Shown piece by piece: positions 13,701 through 21,767 of a stretch of 32,182 nt of DNA. The position numbers and the translations under genes are program-made. This DNA comes from a virus. Its lineage: Duplodnaviria > Caudoviricetes. The stretch is from IMG/VR virus record IMGVR_UViG_3300031228_000023, positions 1-32,182 of that record, one strand, 5' to 3'. A model generated the notes under the pieces. The model saw only the letters and a list, made by a program, of their open reading frames with translations, made no database searches and had not been told where the DNA came from. Position 1 is the stretch's first letter, and each line of letters opens with the position of its first letter.

Positions 13701-14861
13701 GCCCGGCCGCCGCCCGGTAAACGTATTCTCGATCGCAGCGGCGGCGCGGTCGCCCTGGCCCGCATTCGCGCCGGTCCCTTCCTGTACCTTGACCGCGCGG
13801 AAGTCCTGCCCCATCAGGGGGAGTTTGTCCCGATCCAACCCCAGCCGCCCCATGAAGTCGTCCAGCTCCCGAGTGGTCGGGAACCCCACATGGTATTCCG
13901 GGCTATTTGGCGCGAGCGTCCGGGTAACCGTAAGCTGGCCCGGCTTGACCCCCGGGGTCATGATGGCATTGATCGCCTCCCCGTAGTTCCGGCCGCTCCG
14001 GGGCGTCACGTCCCCCTCCAGCGCGCCGAACACCTTTCCCTTCTCCCAGGTGAACCGGCCGCCCTCTTCCCGGCCCAGACGCACCGACCCATCCGGCATA
14101 TACGCGGGGTCGATCCCCGCCAAGCTGGCCCGCTTGAGTTGGTCCCGTTGCCAGGTAATGGACTGAAGCTGTTCGGGCGTATAGCGAACCTCGCCATAGC
14201 CGCCCATATCCGCCGCTTCCTCCAACGCATTCACCCGGACCACTAGGGGTTGGCTCGGGTGCGCGCCCGGCACGTAGTCAGAGATACGCGGACCCCGACC
14301 AAGGACACCCTTCAGCGCGCCCGCCCCAGCGCCGAGCACCCCCCCGAACGCCACGTTGAGAGCGGCCTCACCGGCCAGTTCCCCAAGGCTCTCGTCCCTC
14401 TCCTTCCCGAAGATCGCGCCAGGCACAGGCGAGGCGGCGAGTGCGAGCCTTCCCGTCTCCAACATCGCGGCCTCGGTCGCCCACTTGGTCGCCATCGACC
14501 TAATCGGCGCGTCCGCCAGCCCGAAGAACTTCGGCGCGGCGTTGACCACGGACATAGCCTTCGGGCTCATGGACAGCGCCTTAGCGCCCGCCCCATAGCC
14601 GACCCCCATCCCGAGCACCTCGCTGACGAACCCACTGACGGGATTGGCGGCCCGGAACGCTTGGGTTTCCTGGCTGGTCTCCAACCCAAACATCTCCGGG
14701 AAAGCCTCCAACGCGGATTGGGTAAACCCTTGTATTTTCCCATAGGCGTTCGTGGCGACCCCATTCCCACCGGGTCGGCCCAACCCCATGCTCGGCCGCC
14801 CCAACGAAGGCCCACCCAGCCCCGTTTCCGGGACGATTTCCGGCCTACCGAGCCCCGCCAT
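10797..14861 (-). CDS. Large internal virion/DNA ejection protein (~1,354 aa)
   Basis: AAGGAGG before ATG 14861. Very long Ala/Gly-rich helical protein. Last of three increasing-size ORFs after the tail genes, as in podovirus ejection protein sets. Confidence 0.7.
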   Translation of the reverse strand: MAGLGRPEIVPETGLGGPSLGRPSMGLGRPGGNGVATNAYGKIQGFTQSALEAFPEMFGLETSQETQAFRAANPVSGFVSEVLGMGVGYGAGAKALSMSPKAMSVVNAAPKFFGLADAPIRSMATKWATEAAMLETGRLALAASPVPGAIFGKERDESLGELAGEAALNVAFGGVLGAGAGALKGVLGRGPRISDYVPGAHPSQPLVVRVNALEEAADMGGYGEVRYTPEQLQSITWQRDQLKRASLAGIDPAYMPDGSVRLGREEGGRFTWEKGKVFGALEGDVTPRSGRNYGEAINAIMTPGVKPGQLTVTRTLAPNSPEYHVGFPTTRELDDFMGRLGLDRDKLPLMGQDFRAVKVQEGTGANAGQGDRAAAAIENTFTGRRPGTVRSGNPVRQVGDGWHMWREQDGLWGFAKKVNGTIGAPKAGDEWFAFKTHQPDLIDPRAAAFRELTINRSAYWPQKGPAPNIGEEFFDTANMFEREFEAVQFLPKGVRPTASALRALGRDVSELAEAYLAPTANLASRNNKANYAVNLIKSMTDFEEGRVSAIMDGARAAIANRNAPLWRQVVTLNEPSGGGLREFYKTLAPEDWASVQDILEMALPFEKLQQVALDGHVTPKAFEVLRGLEDISRANVAAFEKLKAQVGSSNAAQLIEDFNARAGHYGLSRQRDGGFYALLDDEQTGELAGIVAGGTAREARDNAVALIAREAKKTGRPLKLGGVGTDIFEDAGMVTRYQAAVRKPGFLKERGELLGYDLMKQPLDAERFAGLVERNLKARERLKTNVVLQEKLWDVLTRLRNEDPLAATAVEKRLAILQGDEGDFARFQNTALDKALGGILGKDSASTIVRTAQQTLNAFQFGFGNLSHYVLNAVTMFQTMFPEASFLLRTAGKDTSNYITVPLTDGGGRIVDSVGVLSDVKLFSNSLKNVMRNEKDLDPEFRDLLQFAIQEKLISPRYAEEHFGSTGTIVKDLRGAFQDGRSFVRWAGAANEILLAKSEEFNRLVGVSTAYELTKALGIKDAYRMQRFTREFLAKTAFNYSTVDRPTIFTTPVGSLMGTFKTWSFHYMANMAKYAGGGRDTLAPLLWQTAATAALGGGAALPLLKPMADGFSKWATDKSFMDTLYNDVFPDNEWVADGVMYGLPGTLGLSLAAQASSPGSDPERDASMLFGFAVYDRMRAFGRTAGDAITAYKATGVSPWEDAGIRDGMARALAPRTVYRAMSAGEDNAIRSLNSGYRVVDNVSMGSSLLYAMGFNPVDLDKSYAAYEDVRKDQNRKRETVTEMGRQMAEAWEAGDNQAATTIFTRAMAMGIDTSSVLRSAKARAERSEVTQLDFAVGRDRSGEAAAEWAFAVD

Positions 14862-16665
14862 TGGTGCCTCCTTGGCCAGCCGCACTGGCCGGCTCCTTCA
14901 AGTGCCGAAGGAACAACTGTCCCACCGGAAGTCCCTGTGCCGCACTGGTCTTGGCCCACGCCAGAGCGGAGCCAGGGTCGGCCCGCTCCCCCTCGTTTAG
15001 GAGTCGGCCCAGCGCCGCTGCGGCCAGCTCGGGGTCCTGCTTCGCCAACATGGCGATCTCGTTCCTGATCTTCTCGTCCGGGAGCGTCGAGTAGGTCCCC
15101 GCGTAAGCCATCTCCCGACCCAGCGCGTTGATGGCGGCTGTCTTGTTGTTCGCCGCGATATACAGCGCACCCTGAGCCGCGTTCAGACCCACCGGGTCCT
15201 TGTTCGCTGCAGCGACCTTCGGGTCCACTCCGATTGCGGACAGCATCCCGCTCACCGTGCGGATTTGGTCGTCCGTCGCGGCCTTGGCGGAGCGCTCTTC
15301 CTGGAACAAGAACCGCTTGAGGTCGAGGTCCCGCTGTCCCAGGATTTGCTGGCTGGTAATGTCCACGTTCTGCTCGATACTCCGCATCGCCGCCTGGGCC
15401 CTGGCATACTTCGCCTGGTCCACGTCGCGGAGATACTGATTGTCGAGACCAAGGTTCGTGACCGCCTCCCTTGTGGCGACTTCCCACGCGGATTGTTTGT
15501 TGGTGAAGTCGGTGGTGAGCCGGTCCCGCTGGTCCTGCCACTTCCGATCCGCGTTGGCGTTCCGCGTCCCTCGGTTCGTGGACTCAAGGTCGATGCCCAG
15601 CCGGGCGAGGCTAAGGTCGAACAGCCGGGTAGCCTCGGCGGCGGCCTTCTCGTCCTGGCGGGCCTCGCGGTCCCACGCGGTCGCCGCGCCGCTGGCCCCT
15701 GCACCGATGGCCGCCAGCATAGCGCCGACCCCATCCCGCACATCAGCCCGCGCAGCCCCTGCCCCAATGCCCGCGAGTACCTCCTTGAGCCGCCCCTTCT
15801 GCGCCTTCTCTTTGTCATACCCCGGCGGGGCGAACTCCCGAAGCATCTCCAAGGTCTTCTGAACGTCCACCTCCTCCGCCGCCGGCCTGTCAGGCGCGAA
15901 CCCCATCTGGGGTGCGTCCGGTAGGTCCAGATGGCTCGGCCGGCTGGGGTCCGGGATCATCCCAGACATATCCGGCATACCCGGCAAGTTAGGCATGGTG
16001 AAGACATCGGGCTTGGCCGACCATGCCACATGGACATGGTCCCCTTCGTTGATGACTTCCTCGAACGCCCCGGTAGCCTTCAGCAGGTCCGCCGCCTGCT
16101 TCATCGACATACCCTTCGGCGGGATGAAGTCCCGGGCTTGGTCCGCCAGATGGAGGCTATTCTTCGCCCCGCCCACCCGCCTGTTGTCCTCAGGCGTCCG
16201 CTTCCCGGAGGTGTACGTCGCCGCCCCGCCCAAGAGGCTGTCGATCAGCACTTCCGGTTGGTTCCAGGGAGTCTGGGCCGGAATGGCCGTGGGATCAGCC
16301 GCACCCGCACGGGGCACGTTGAACTCCCACCCCTGCATCAGCGAGGCGGCGTCGGTCGGAGCCGCCGGTGCAGGCGCACCCTTCGGCCCAAATTTGTCGA
16401 ACAGCCCCTGCGCCACGAACCGGGGACCGAACACGTTCGGCGCGGCCATAGCCATCTGTTGGGTTGGGGCCATGAACTGCGGCAAGAGGTTCTGCGCGGC
16501 TCCTGCCGCACCGGCAACCACCGGGCTCGTGGCCACGGTGCCGACAGCCTGACTCGCCCCCGGCCAAGTGGTCGGGTCAGCCAGCTTCGGCCGAACCTGC
16601 CACCAGGGGGTCGTCTCCCACCACGGCGGAGCGGGCGAGGTCGGGTTGTTTTGCGGACCGGCCAT
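14845..16665 (-). CDS. Internal virion protein with an M15-like Zn peptidase domain
   Basis: YTSGKRTPEDNRRVGGAKNSLHLADQARDF...GDHVHVAW matches the peptidase M15 H-x6-D...HxH signature. The remainder is helical. Confidence 0.7.
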   Translation of the reverse strand: MAGPQNNPTSPAPPWWETTPWWQVRPKLADPTTWPGASQAVGTVATSPVVAGAAGAAQNLLPQFMAPTQQMAMAAPNVFGPRFVAQGLFDKFGPKGAPAPAAPTDAASLMQGWEFNVPRAGAADPTAIPAQTPWNQPEVLIDSLLGGAATYTSGKRTPEDNRRVGGAKNSLHLADQARDFIPPKGMSMKQAADLLKATGAFEEVINEGDHVHVAWSAKPDVFTMPNLPGMPDMSGMIPDPSRPSHLDLPDAPQMGFAPDRPAAEEVDVQKTLEMLREFAPPGYDKEKAQKGRLKEVLAGIGAGAARADVRDGVGAMLAAIGAGASGAATAWDREARQDEKAAAEATRLFDLSLARLGIDLESTNRGTRNANADRKWQDQRDRLTTDFTNKQSAWEVATREAVTNLGLDNQYLRDVDQAKYARAQAAMRSIEQNVDITSQQILGQRDLDLKRFLFQEERSAKAATDDQIRTVSGMLSAIGVDPKVAAANKDPVGLNAAQGALYIAANNKTAAINALGREMAYAGTYSTLPDEKIRNEIAMLAKQDPELAAAALGRLLNEGERADPGSALAWAKTSAAQGLPVGQLFLRHLKEPASAAGQGGTNGGAR

Positions 16666-17637
16666 CTAGGAACCTCCGCCCCAGGACGGGGACCAAACGG
16701 TAGGGCTGCCTGCCCCCTTAAGCCCGGAGGACAGCGCCCCCAAGCCAGCGCTCATCATCGGCCCGACCCCCGGGATAAACGCGGATGCCAAACTGGCCGC
16801 TCCCGCCAAACCCTGGAGGATGCCCGAAGCGCCCGGCTTGGTCTGGGTCGTGCTCGTCCCGGTGCTATTCGTCTCGTTGAACCCGCCGGCGGTGAGGATG
16901 CTCGCCATGTTGTCCAGGCCAGCCCAAGGCGTTTGCTGGTTCAGGAGGTACTTCTTCAGCTCCGCGTCCAACGCCGATTGCGCCCACCCTTGCTCGGCCT
17001 CCCCCGCCATCGCCATGAGCTGCGCCGGCATGAGGTTCTGAGCCGTCCCGGTTTGGTTCAGCGCTGCCGCCTGAGCGGCGATGGTCGGCGCCTGCATCTG
17101 CCGGTCCCGCTCCGCCTGGTAGTTCTCGCTGTATGTCCGGTTCGCCATGTCCAACGCTTGCTGGGTGAAATCCGACATAGCGAGCCCCTGCGCCGTGCCA
17201 TAGCCGGACCCTCCATACGCACCCTGTGCGATGGATTGGTCCTGAATGCCGGGCAGGAGGACCCGTGTCAGTTGGTTCTCCAGGGGTCGACGGGCCGCCT
17301 CAACCGCAGCGGCAAGCCACTGGTTCTTGGCCGGGTCCATGTACTTCCCCGCCATCGTCTCCGCAGCGAGGCTCGCCGCAAGCTGGCCGTTCCGCCACGT
17401 AGAGTCGCCGCCGGAAGCGATATTGGGGTTATTCGCCGCCCCCTTCAACATATCTGTCGCGGCAAGCTGTGCGGCAGTCGGGCCCGCATGGAGGGCCCCT
17501 TCATAGGGTCCCCTCGGCGTGGCCGCAAGCGCCTTACTCGCCTCCGCGTAAAGGTCGTCGAAATAGGGCCTAGCCGCGGACCACGGCTCAACCTTCTGCG
17601 TCTGCTGTGAGGTCTGCGTCTGCTTCGATCCGCCCAT
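16666..17637 (-). CDS. DNA ejection/pilot-type virion protein
   Basis: GAGGAG RBS. MGGSKQTQTSQQTQKVEPW start, Q/A-rich body, AQGAYGGS, and a hydrophobic Gly-rich C-terminus. Confidence 0.65.
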   Translation of the reverse strand: MGGSKQTQTSQQTQKVEPWSAARPYFDDLYAEASKALAATPRGPYEGALHAGPTAAQLAATDMLKGAANNPNIASGGDSTWRNGQLAASLAAETMAGKYMDPAKNQWLAAAVEAARRPLENQLTRVLLPGIQDQSIAQGAYGGSGYGTAQGLAMSDFTQQALDMANRTYSENYQAERDRQMQAPTIAAQAAALNQTGTAQNLMPAQLMAMAGEAEQGWAQSALDAELKKYLLNQQTPWAGLDNMASILTAGGFNETNSTGTSTTQTKPGASGILQGLAGAASLASAFIPGVGPMMSAGLGALSSGLKGAGSPTVWSPSWGGGS

Positions 17638-18106
17638 CTTGGGGCTCCTCTTGGTCAATGTCCATCGTGTACGTCACAGCCAGAGGCTGAAACCCGAACC
17701 GCTCGAAGAGTACCTCAAAGGCACCCCGGATACTTGAGGCGCGAACCTGGGTACACCCGTATTCGCGGCCAATGGTCCGGAGGTCGGCCACAATGGCCTC
17801 CGCCCTCGCCATAATCCCATCTCCCGCGATCCCATCGAGCCACAGAATACGATCACCCTCGCCCACAATCCGGGTGAGCACCACCGCGTGGTCCGTACCC
17901 TCGACCTCCCACACATGAAGAAGGCCGTCATAGACTTCTTTCGCCATGGTGAACGGGGTCTGCCCGTCCCACATCATCGGGGCAAGCCGCTGAAGTTGCT
18001 GGAAGTGCGTGGCGGTGAAGCCAGCAATCGGAAGGTAGCGCAACACACGGAGTATCGGCCGTCCATTCTCGTCATAGGCAGGGTCGATTTCATATGCATC
18101 AGTCAT
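17588..18106 (-). CDS. Hypothetical protein, possibly GNAT-like virion assembly factor
   Basis: Start MTDAYEID at 18106. LRTIGREYGCTQVRASSIRGAFEVLFERFGF resembles acetyltransferase-like genes found before podovirus ejection genes. Confidence 0.5.
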   Translation of the reverse strand: MTDAYEIDPAYDENGRPILRVLRYLPIAGFTATHFQQLQRLAPMMWDGQTPFTMAKEVYDGLLHVWEVEGTDHAVVLTRIVGEGDRILWLDGIAGDGIMARAEAIVADLRTIGREYGCTQVRASSIRGAFEVLFERFGFQPLAVTYTMDIDQEEPQDGRIEADADLTADAEG

Positions 18107-18452
18107 GGCGGATGATCCTTTTCCTGCCGGCAACCCCGGCAATGGTGACAGTTTCGTTCGGGACCCGGAACGTATCGGCCGGCTCCCCTCCCGTGTTGTA
18201 GTCCGTGCCCAACAGGGAATAGAGTTGGGGATACGAAACGATGGCCACAGCCGAGCCGTCGCACAGCAGCCACCCGGACGGAGCCGAGGCACTGGCGGTC
18301 GCCCAATCAAGCACGGTGCCCACCGGAGCGTCCCCCGTAGCCAGAGCGTCGCTCACCTCCTGTTCGAAGTAGACGACAATTCGCTCCGCCCAATCGAGAA
18401 GGTTCTCTAGGGTCCGCCCATACAGCTTGGGAAGGTTCGGACTGGTAGTCAT
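18099..18452 (-). CDS. Small tail-collar domain protein
   Basis: PVGTVLDWA...APSGWLLCDGSAV...YPQLYSLLGTDY...TFRVPN is the phage tail collar motif. ATGA coupling at 18449-18452. Confidence 0.75.
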   Translation of the reverse strand: MTTSPNLPKLYGRTLENLLDWAERIVVYFEQEVSDALATGDAPVGTVLDWATASASAPSGWLLCDGSAVAIVSYPQLYSLLGTDYNTGGEPADTFRVPNETVTIAGVAGRKRIIRHD

Positions 18453-19894
18453 TCGGTCCACCCTGCCGGCTCACCCCAGACAGCAACGCCGCCCACCCGG
18501 AACGTCGTGTCCAGGCCCGTCGAGCGGATTTCCATCGTGAGATACACGGACTCTTGTTGTATCCAGTTCACCCGGGCCAGGGAAGTCCAATCCGTCCACC
18601 GATCGCCGGGGTCGTCGCCGAACGTCTCGTGGCGGTGCAGGCCGAACCTCACCTCCGGGGCCGCCCCGGTCCAGTGGACCTCGACCTGATCCCACCACTT
18701 GTACATCCCAACCTCGCCTCCGTCGAACGGAGCGGATTGGAGGGTCGCGACGAGCGGGTCCGGCCCGAGGTTCACCCCCGTATCGTAGAGGCCGAAGAAC
18801 TGGCCCAGCGCGACCAAAGGTTTGGCGAACGCCTCCTGAGCGGCGACCGCAGTCACCGGCATCTTCAGCGCGTGCCACGTCCCCTTGGCGTAGTTATAGC
18901 CAACCCCCCTCCTCACCGGCTCCGGGGGGTCCCCTACCGTCTCATTGCTGTCGTAGAACCACTGCACCATCCCCTTGTCCTTGACGTGCAGCCCGGCCAC
19001 AGAGTCGGTCAGGTCCGGGTCCATGGACCAGGGGTAGGCAACCTGAGTTACCGGGTCCCGCCCATCGAGGTATCGGTTCACGGCCGGTTGGTCGACATAC
19101 TGGAAACTGGACCCGTCGCTGACCCAGATGCCATCCCGAGACATACCGTAGTGCTTGGCCCCAACCGGAACCACCGCATTCAGTGCAATCGCACCGATCC
19201 CCTCCAACCGAACCTTGAACCCATAGACGGACGTCCCCCCGATGAAGGAGAGCAGACCCATCTTGTTCTGGGTGTAGACAGCGAGTTGTTCCCCGAACGG
19301 CTCGACGGCAACAATGTCGGAGTCCAGGTCCCGGAAGTTGAGGTTCCCGGCATTTCCGGTCGGGTCCGGCAAGGTCCAGTATTCGATGTCGGTGACCCGG
19401 GGCCAGTGTGCCTCCTGACCCACGAACAACACCGGGCGATTGGCGAGCTTCCGCACAATATGGGCGGTGAGGGCCGCGGTCGGCACCCCAGGCCAGTCCA
19501 CCATACTGTTTGGCGTGTCGACATTCTTCCAAATCTGGGGCGCCTCGACCCCGTTCACCGCCAACAGCCACGTGCCCCAAGGCACGAAACTCCACGAAGC
19601 GCCCGTGAACCCCGTCCGCAGGAGGAGTTCGCCATCGGCCGCCGACCACTTATAGAGGGTATCGGACTTGCCGAAATAGGCCCGAGCCTCACCGTCCGCA
19701 TAGGCCTGGGTCATCGCGATAATCGGCGCGCCGACGCTGTGGAGCTGGCTGGCCCCGGTGGACTTCTCGGCCGCCCCATCCACAAACAGCACGTTCTCCG
19801 CTGTCCGCCACAGCACAGTTTGGTTCGGTGCGAGGGACGGGAAGATACCGCTTTCGAGGACGGCAGGGTCTTTGATCTCCGCAAGCTTCCGCAT
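18449..19894 (-). CDS. Tail nozzle / DNA stabilisation protein (beta-propeller-like)
   Basis: TAATG coupling gives start 19894 (MRKLAEIKD). Beta-rich, ~481 aa, follows the adaptor gene. Confidence 0.7.
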   Translation of the reverse strand: MRKLAEIKDPAVLESGIFPSLAPNQTVLWRTAENVLFVDGAAEKSTGASQLHSVGAPIIAMTQAYADGEARAYFGKSDTLYKWSAADGELLLRTGFTGASWSFVPWGTWLLAVNGVEAPQIWKNVDTPNSMVDWPGVPTAALTAHIVRKLANRPVLFVGQEAHWPRVTDIEYWTLPDPTGNAGNLNFRDLDSDIVAVEPFGEQLAVYTQNKMGLLSFIGGTSVYGFKVRLEGIGAIALNAVVPVGAKHYGMSRDGIWVSDGSSFQYVDQPAVNRYLDGRDPVTQVAYPWSMDPDLTDSVAGLHVKDKGMVQWFYDSNETVGDPPEPVRRGVGYNYAKGTWHALKMPVTAVAAQEAFAKPLVALGQFFGLYDTGVNLGPDPLVATLQSAPFDGGEVGMYKWWDQVEVHWTGAAPEVRFGLHRHETFGDDPGDRWTDWTSLARVNWIQQESVYLTMEIRSTGLDTTFRVGGVAVWGEPAGWTE

Positions 19895-20544
19895 TAGCTG
19901 GCCTCTCGCTGCGCCAAGCCTCGGCGATGCTTGAACTCGAACTGACCGTCCGCCATCCACATCGCGATCTTGGCTTGGCTTGCAGCGGAGTTCCACACCT
20001 GGGCCAACCGGTCGTCCCGGAGGTTCCGCGCCGCCACCATCATGGCAGCCGCTTTGAACCCAGCGTAATGCCTCGCGAGGACCGGCGGGGTCGACGTATC
20101 CGCCAAGGAAGCCGGCCACTCCGTGTATTCCCAGTAGGAAAGCTGCACAGCAAGGGCAGACGCGGGTATGGCGTCAAGGACCAAGTACGTAACGCCGTCC
20201 AGGTAAAAACCCTCGGGGGCAACCCCCTCCCCCACAGAGCCGAACTCAAGAGGAGTGACACCCACCAACGCCGTATCATAGAGGATCGCTCCGTTCGTTC
20301 CTTCCGGGGTTCCGGTTCGGGCCCAATCAATGGCCTTTACCCGAGTGTTGGGCAGGGCCAGCCGGTTGCCATCCAAGCCCGTGTTCGCGGTTAGGGTCGC
20401 GGTCTTCCGCATCCAAGCGAAGGTCGCCTCGGTCTCGATTTCGTTGATGGCCTCAGCCGCCCACTCCGGGAGGTTGGCGTCATTGGCCGTGCCCCGCCCC
20501 AGGGCAGTGCGCATCGCAGCATAGAGAGCAGACACATTGGGCAT
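19894..20544 (-). CDS. Putative head-tail adaptor (tail tubular protein A-like)
   Basis: 216 aa. N-terminal helices (AEAINEIE...FAWMR), beta middle, C-terminal helices. Position upstream of the nozzle gene. Confidence 0.6.
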   Translation of the reverse strand: MPNVSALYAAMRTALGRGTANDANLPEWAAEAINEIETEATFAWMRKTATLTANTGLDGNRLALPNTRVKAIDWARTGTPEGTNGAILYDTALVGVTPLEFGSVGEGVAPEGFYLDGVTYLVLDAIPASALAVQLSYWEYTEWPASLADTSTPPVLARHYAGFKAAAMMVAARNLRDDRLAQVWNSAASQAKIAMWMADGQFEFKHRRGLAQREAS

Positions 20545-20553
20545 GAGAGAGTC

Positions 20554-20961
20554 CTATTGAGTGGAGACGAACGCCAGGCCGCTGTTGGCCAAGCCGGTTC
20601 GTCCCGGATTGCTGGTGTCATTGACATTGACAGAGATACTTGAATTGACGTTCTCTCCGTCCGAGACAGTCCGGGTAAAGCTGACGCTCGGCGTCCCTTG
20701 TCCGTTGATGGTGGTCCCGGCGTTAAGCGGGGCTGAGACAATCCAGTTATAGGTCCAGGTGCCGGGGACCCCCATGTTGTCGATAACCGCGCTCACGGTG
20801 TTAGTGGTGACGGAGGACGAGGACCCGCCCGACCCGTCAGAGCGTATCCCTACCGCATTACTGGAAATGCTGACGGAGAACGCTGGAGGTGGCGGCGGCG
20901 GGGGAGGAGGCGGAGCGGCCGTCGAACCTCGAAGCGCCAGGAGGGATGAGCGCGGCCACAT
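20554..20961 (-). CDS. Tail-associated beta-rich protein with a poly-Pro linker
   Basis: ATG directly after the upstream TAG. A run of 10 Pro, then a Ser/Thr/Val/Asn-rich Ig-like region. Confidence 0.55.
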   Translation of the reverse strand: MWPRSSLLALRGSTAAPPPPPPPPPPAFSVSISSNAVGIRSDGSGGSSSSVTTNTVSAVIDNMGVPGTWTYNWIVSAPLNAGTTINGQGTPSVSFTRTVSDGENVNSSISVNVNDTSNPGRTGLANSGLAFVSTQ

Positions 20962-21747
20962 CTACGCGGACTTCGTGAGTCGCGCCCACGCCTTGTCGGC
21001 CGCGTAGCAGAACAGGGAGATGGTGTTCCTCTTGTTCGCCCCTGTGGCAAACGAGGAGGGAAACCCCTCGCTGGTCCAGTCATAGGCGGCGTTCCAGTTC
21101 CCGGAGGTCGGGATGGTCCGGCTCCCCGTGGCGTCCTCGATGAGGTCCAACACGTAAGATTGGCCGATCTTCATCCCAACCGGCGCACCCACAGAGGTCA
21201 CGTTCCCCGTGAGGACCATAGTCCGGTAGGAGGTGGCGGTGAAGTCGGGCGCAGGGGTGGCGGTGAAGGTGATCTCGACCGGATCGGTGGTTCCCTTCAG
21301 CGCCAAGGCTGTAGCGAACTTCGCGTTGTCCGCACCGGCCAGAAGTTCGGTCGACGTGGCGGCGACCGGAGCCACCGCCTCGAAGTCGGCGACGATCTGG
21401 GCCGCGTCCAACTTGGATTGGTTCGCCGCAGCGGCAGATGTGGCCGCATTCCCAGCCGACGTGCCGGCCGCCGCCGCCGAGAGGGCCGCAGCGGCCACTG
21501 ACGCGTCAATCGCCGCCGTATAGCCCGCCATGGCAGCGTCCACCAACGGGTCCACAAGGATTGCCAAATCCCCGACAATCTCATCCACGGGTGCGCGGAG
21601 CCACGCGGCGAACTCCAAGGCTCCGCTATTCGCCGGGAGCAGGCCAGCCTGGACCACGAGGTCAAGCGCGGAGAGACCCTTGACGATCCCACCCGGCCCG
21701 TACCCCGTGTGTCGGTTCCGCGCACCGTATGCGTTGTTAATAGCCAT
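20962..21747 (-). CDS. Putative tail fibre protein
   Basis: AGGA before ATG 21747. GLSALDLVVQAG motif, Ala-rich stalk, and a C-terminal beta domain (LTGNVT...DATGSRTI...W) common in phage fibres. Confidence 0.6.
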   Translation of the reverse strand: MAINNAYGARNRHTGYGPGGIVKGLSALDLVVQAGLLPANSGALEFAAWLRAPVDEIVGDLAILVDPLVDAAMAGYTAAIDASVAAAALSAAAAGTSAGNAATSAAAANQSKLDAAQIVADFEAVAPVAATSTELLAGADNAKFATALALKGTTDPVEITFTATPAPDFTATSYRTMVLTGNVTSVGAPVGMKIGQSYVLDLIEDATGSRTIPTSGNWNAAYDWTSEGFPSSFATGANKRNTISLFCYAADKAWARLTKSA

Positions 21748-21767
21748 GTCCGGTTTCCTGCTGAAGG

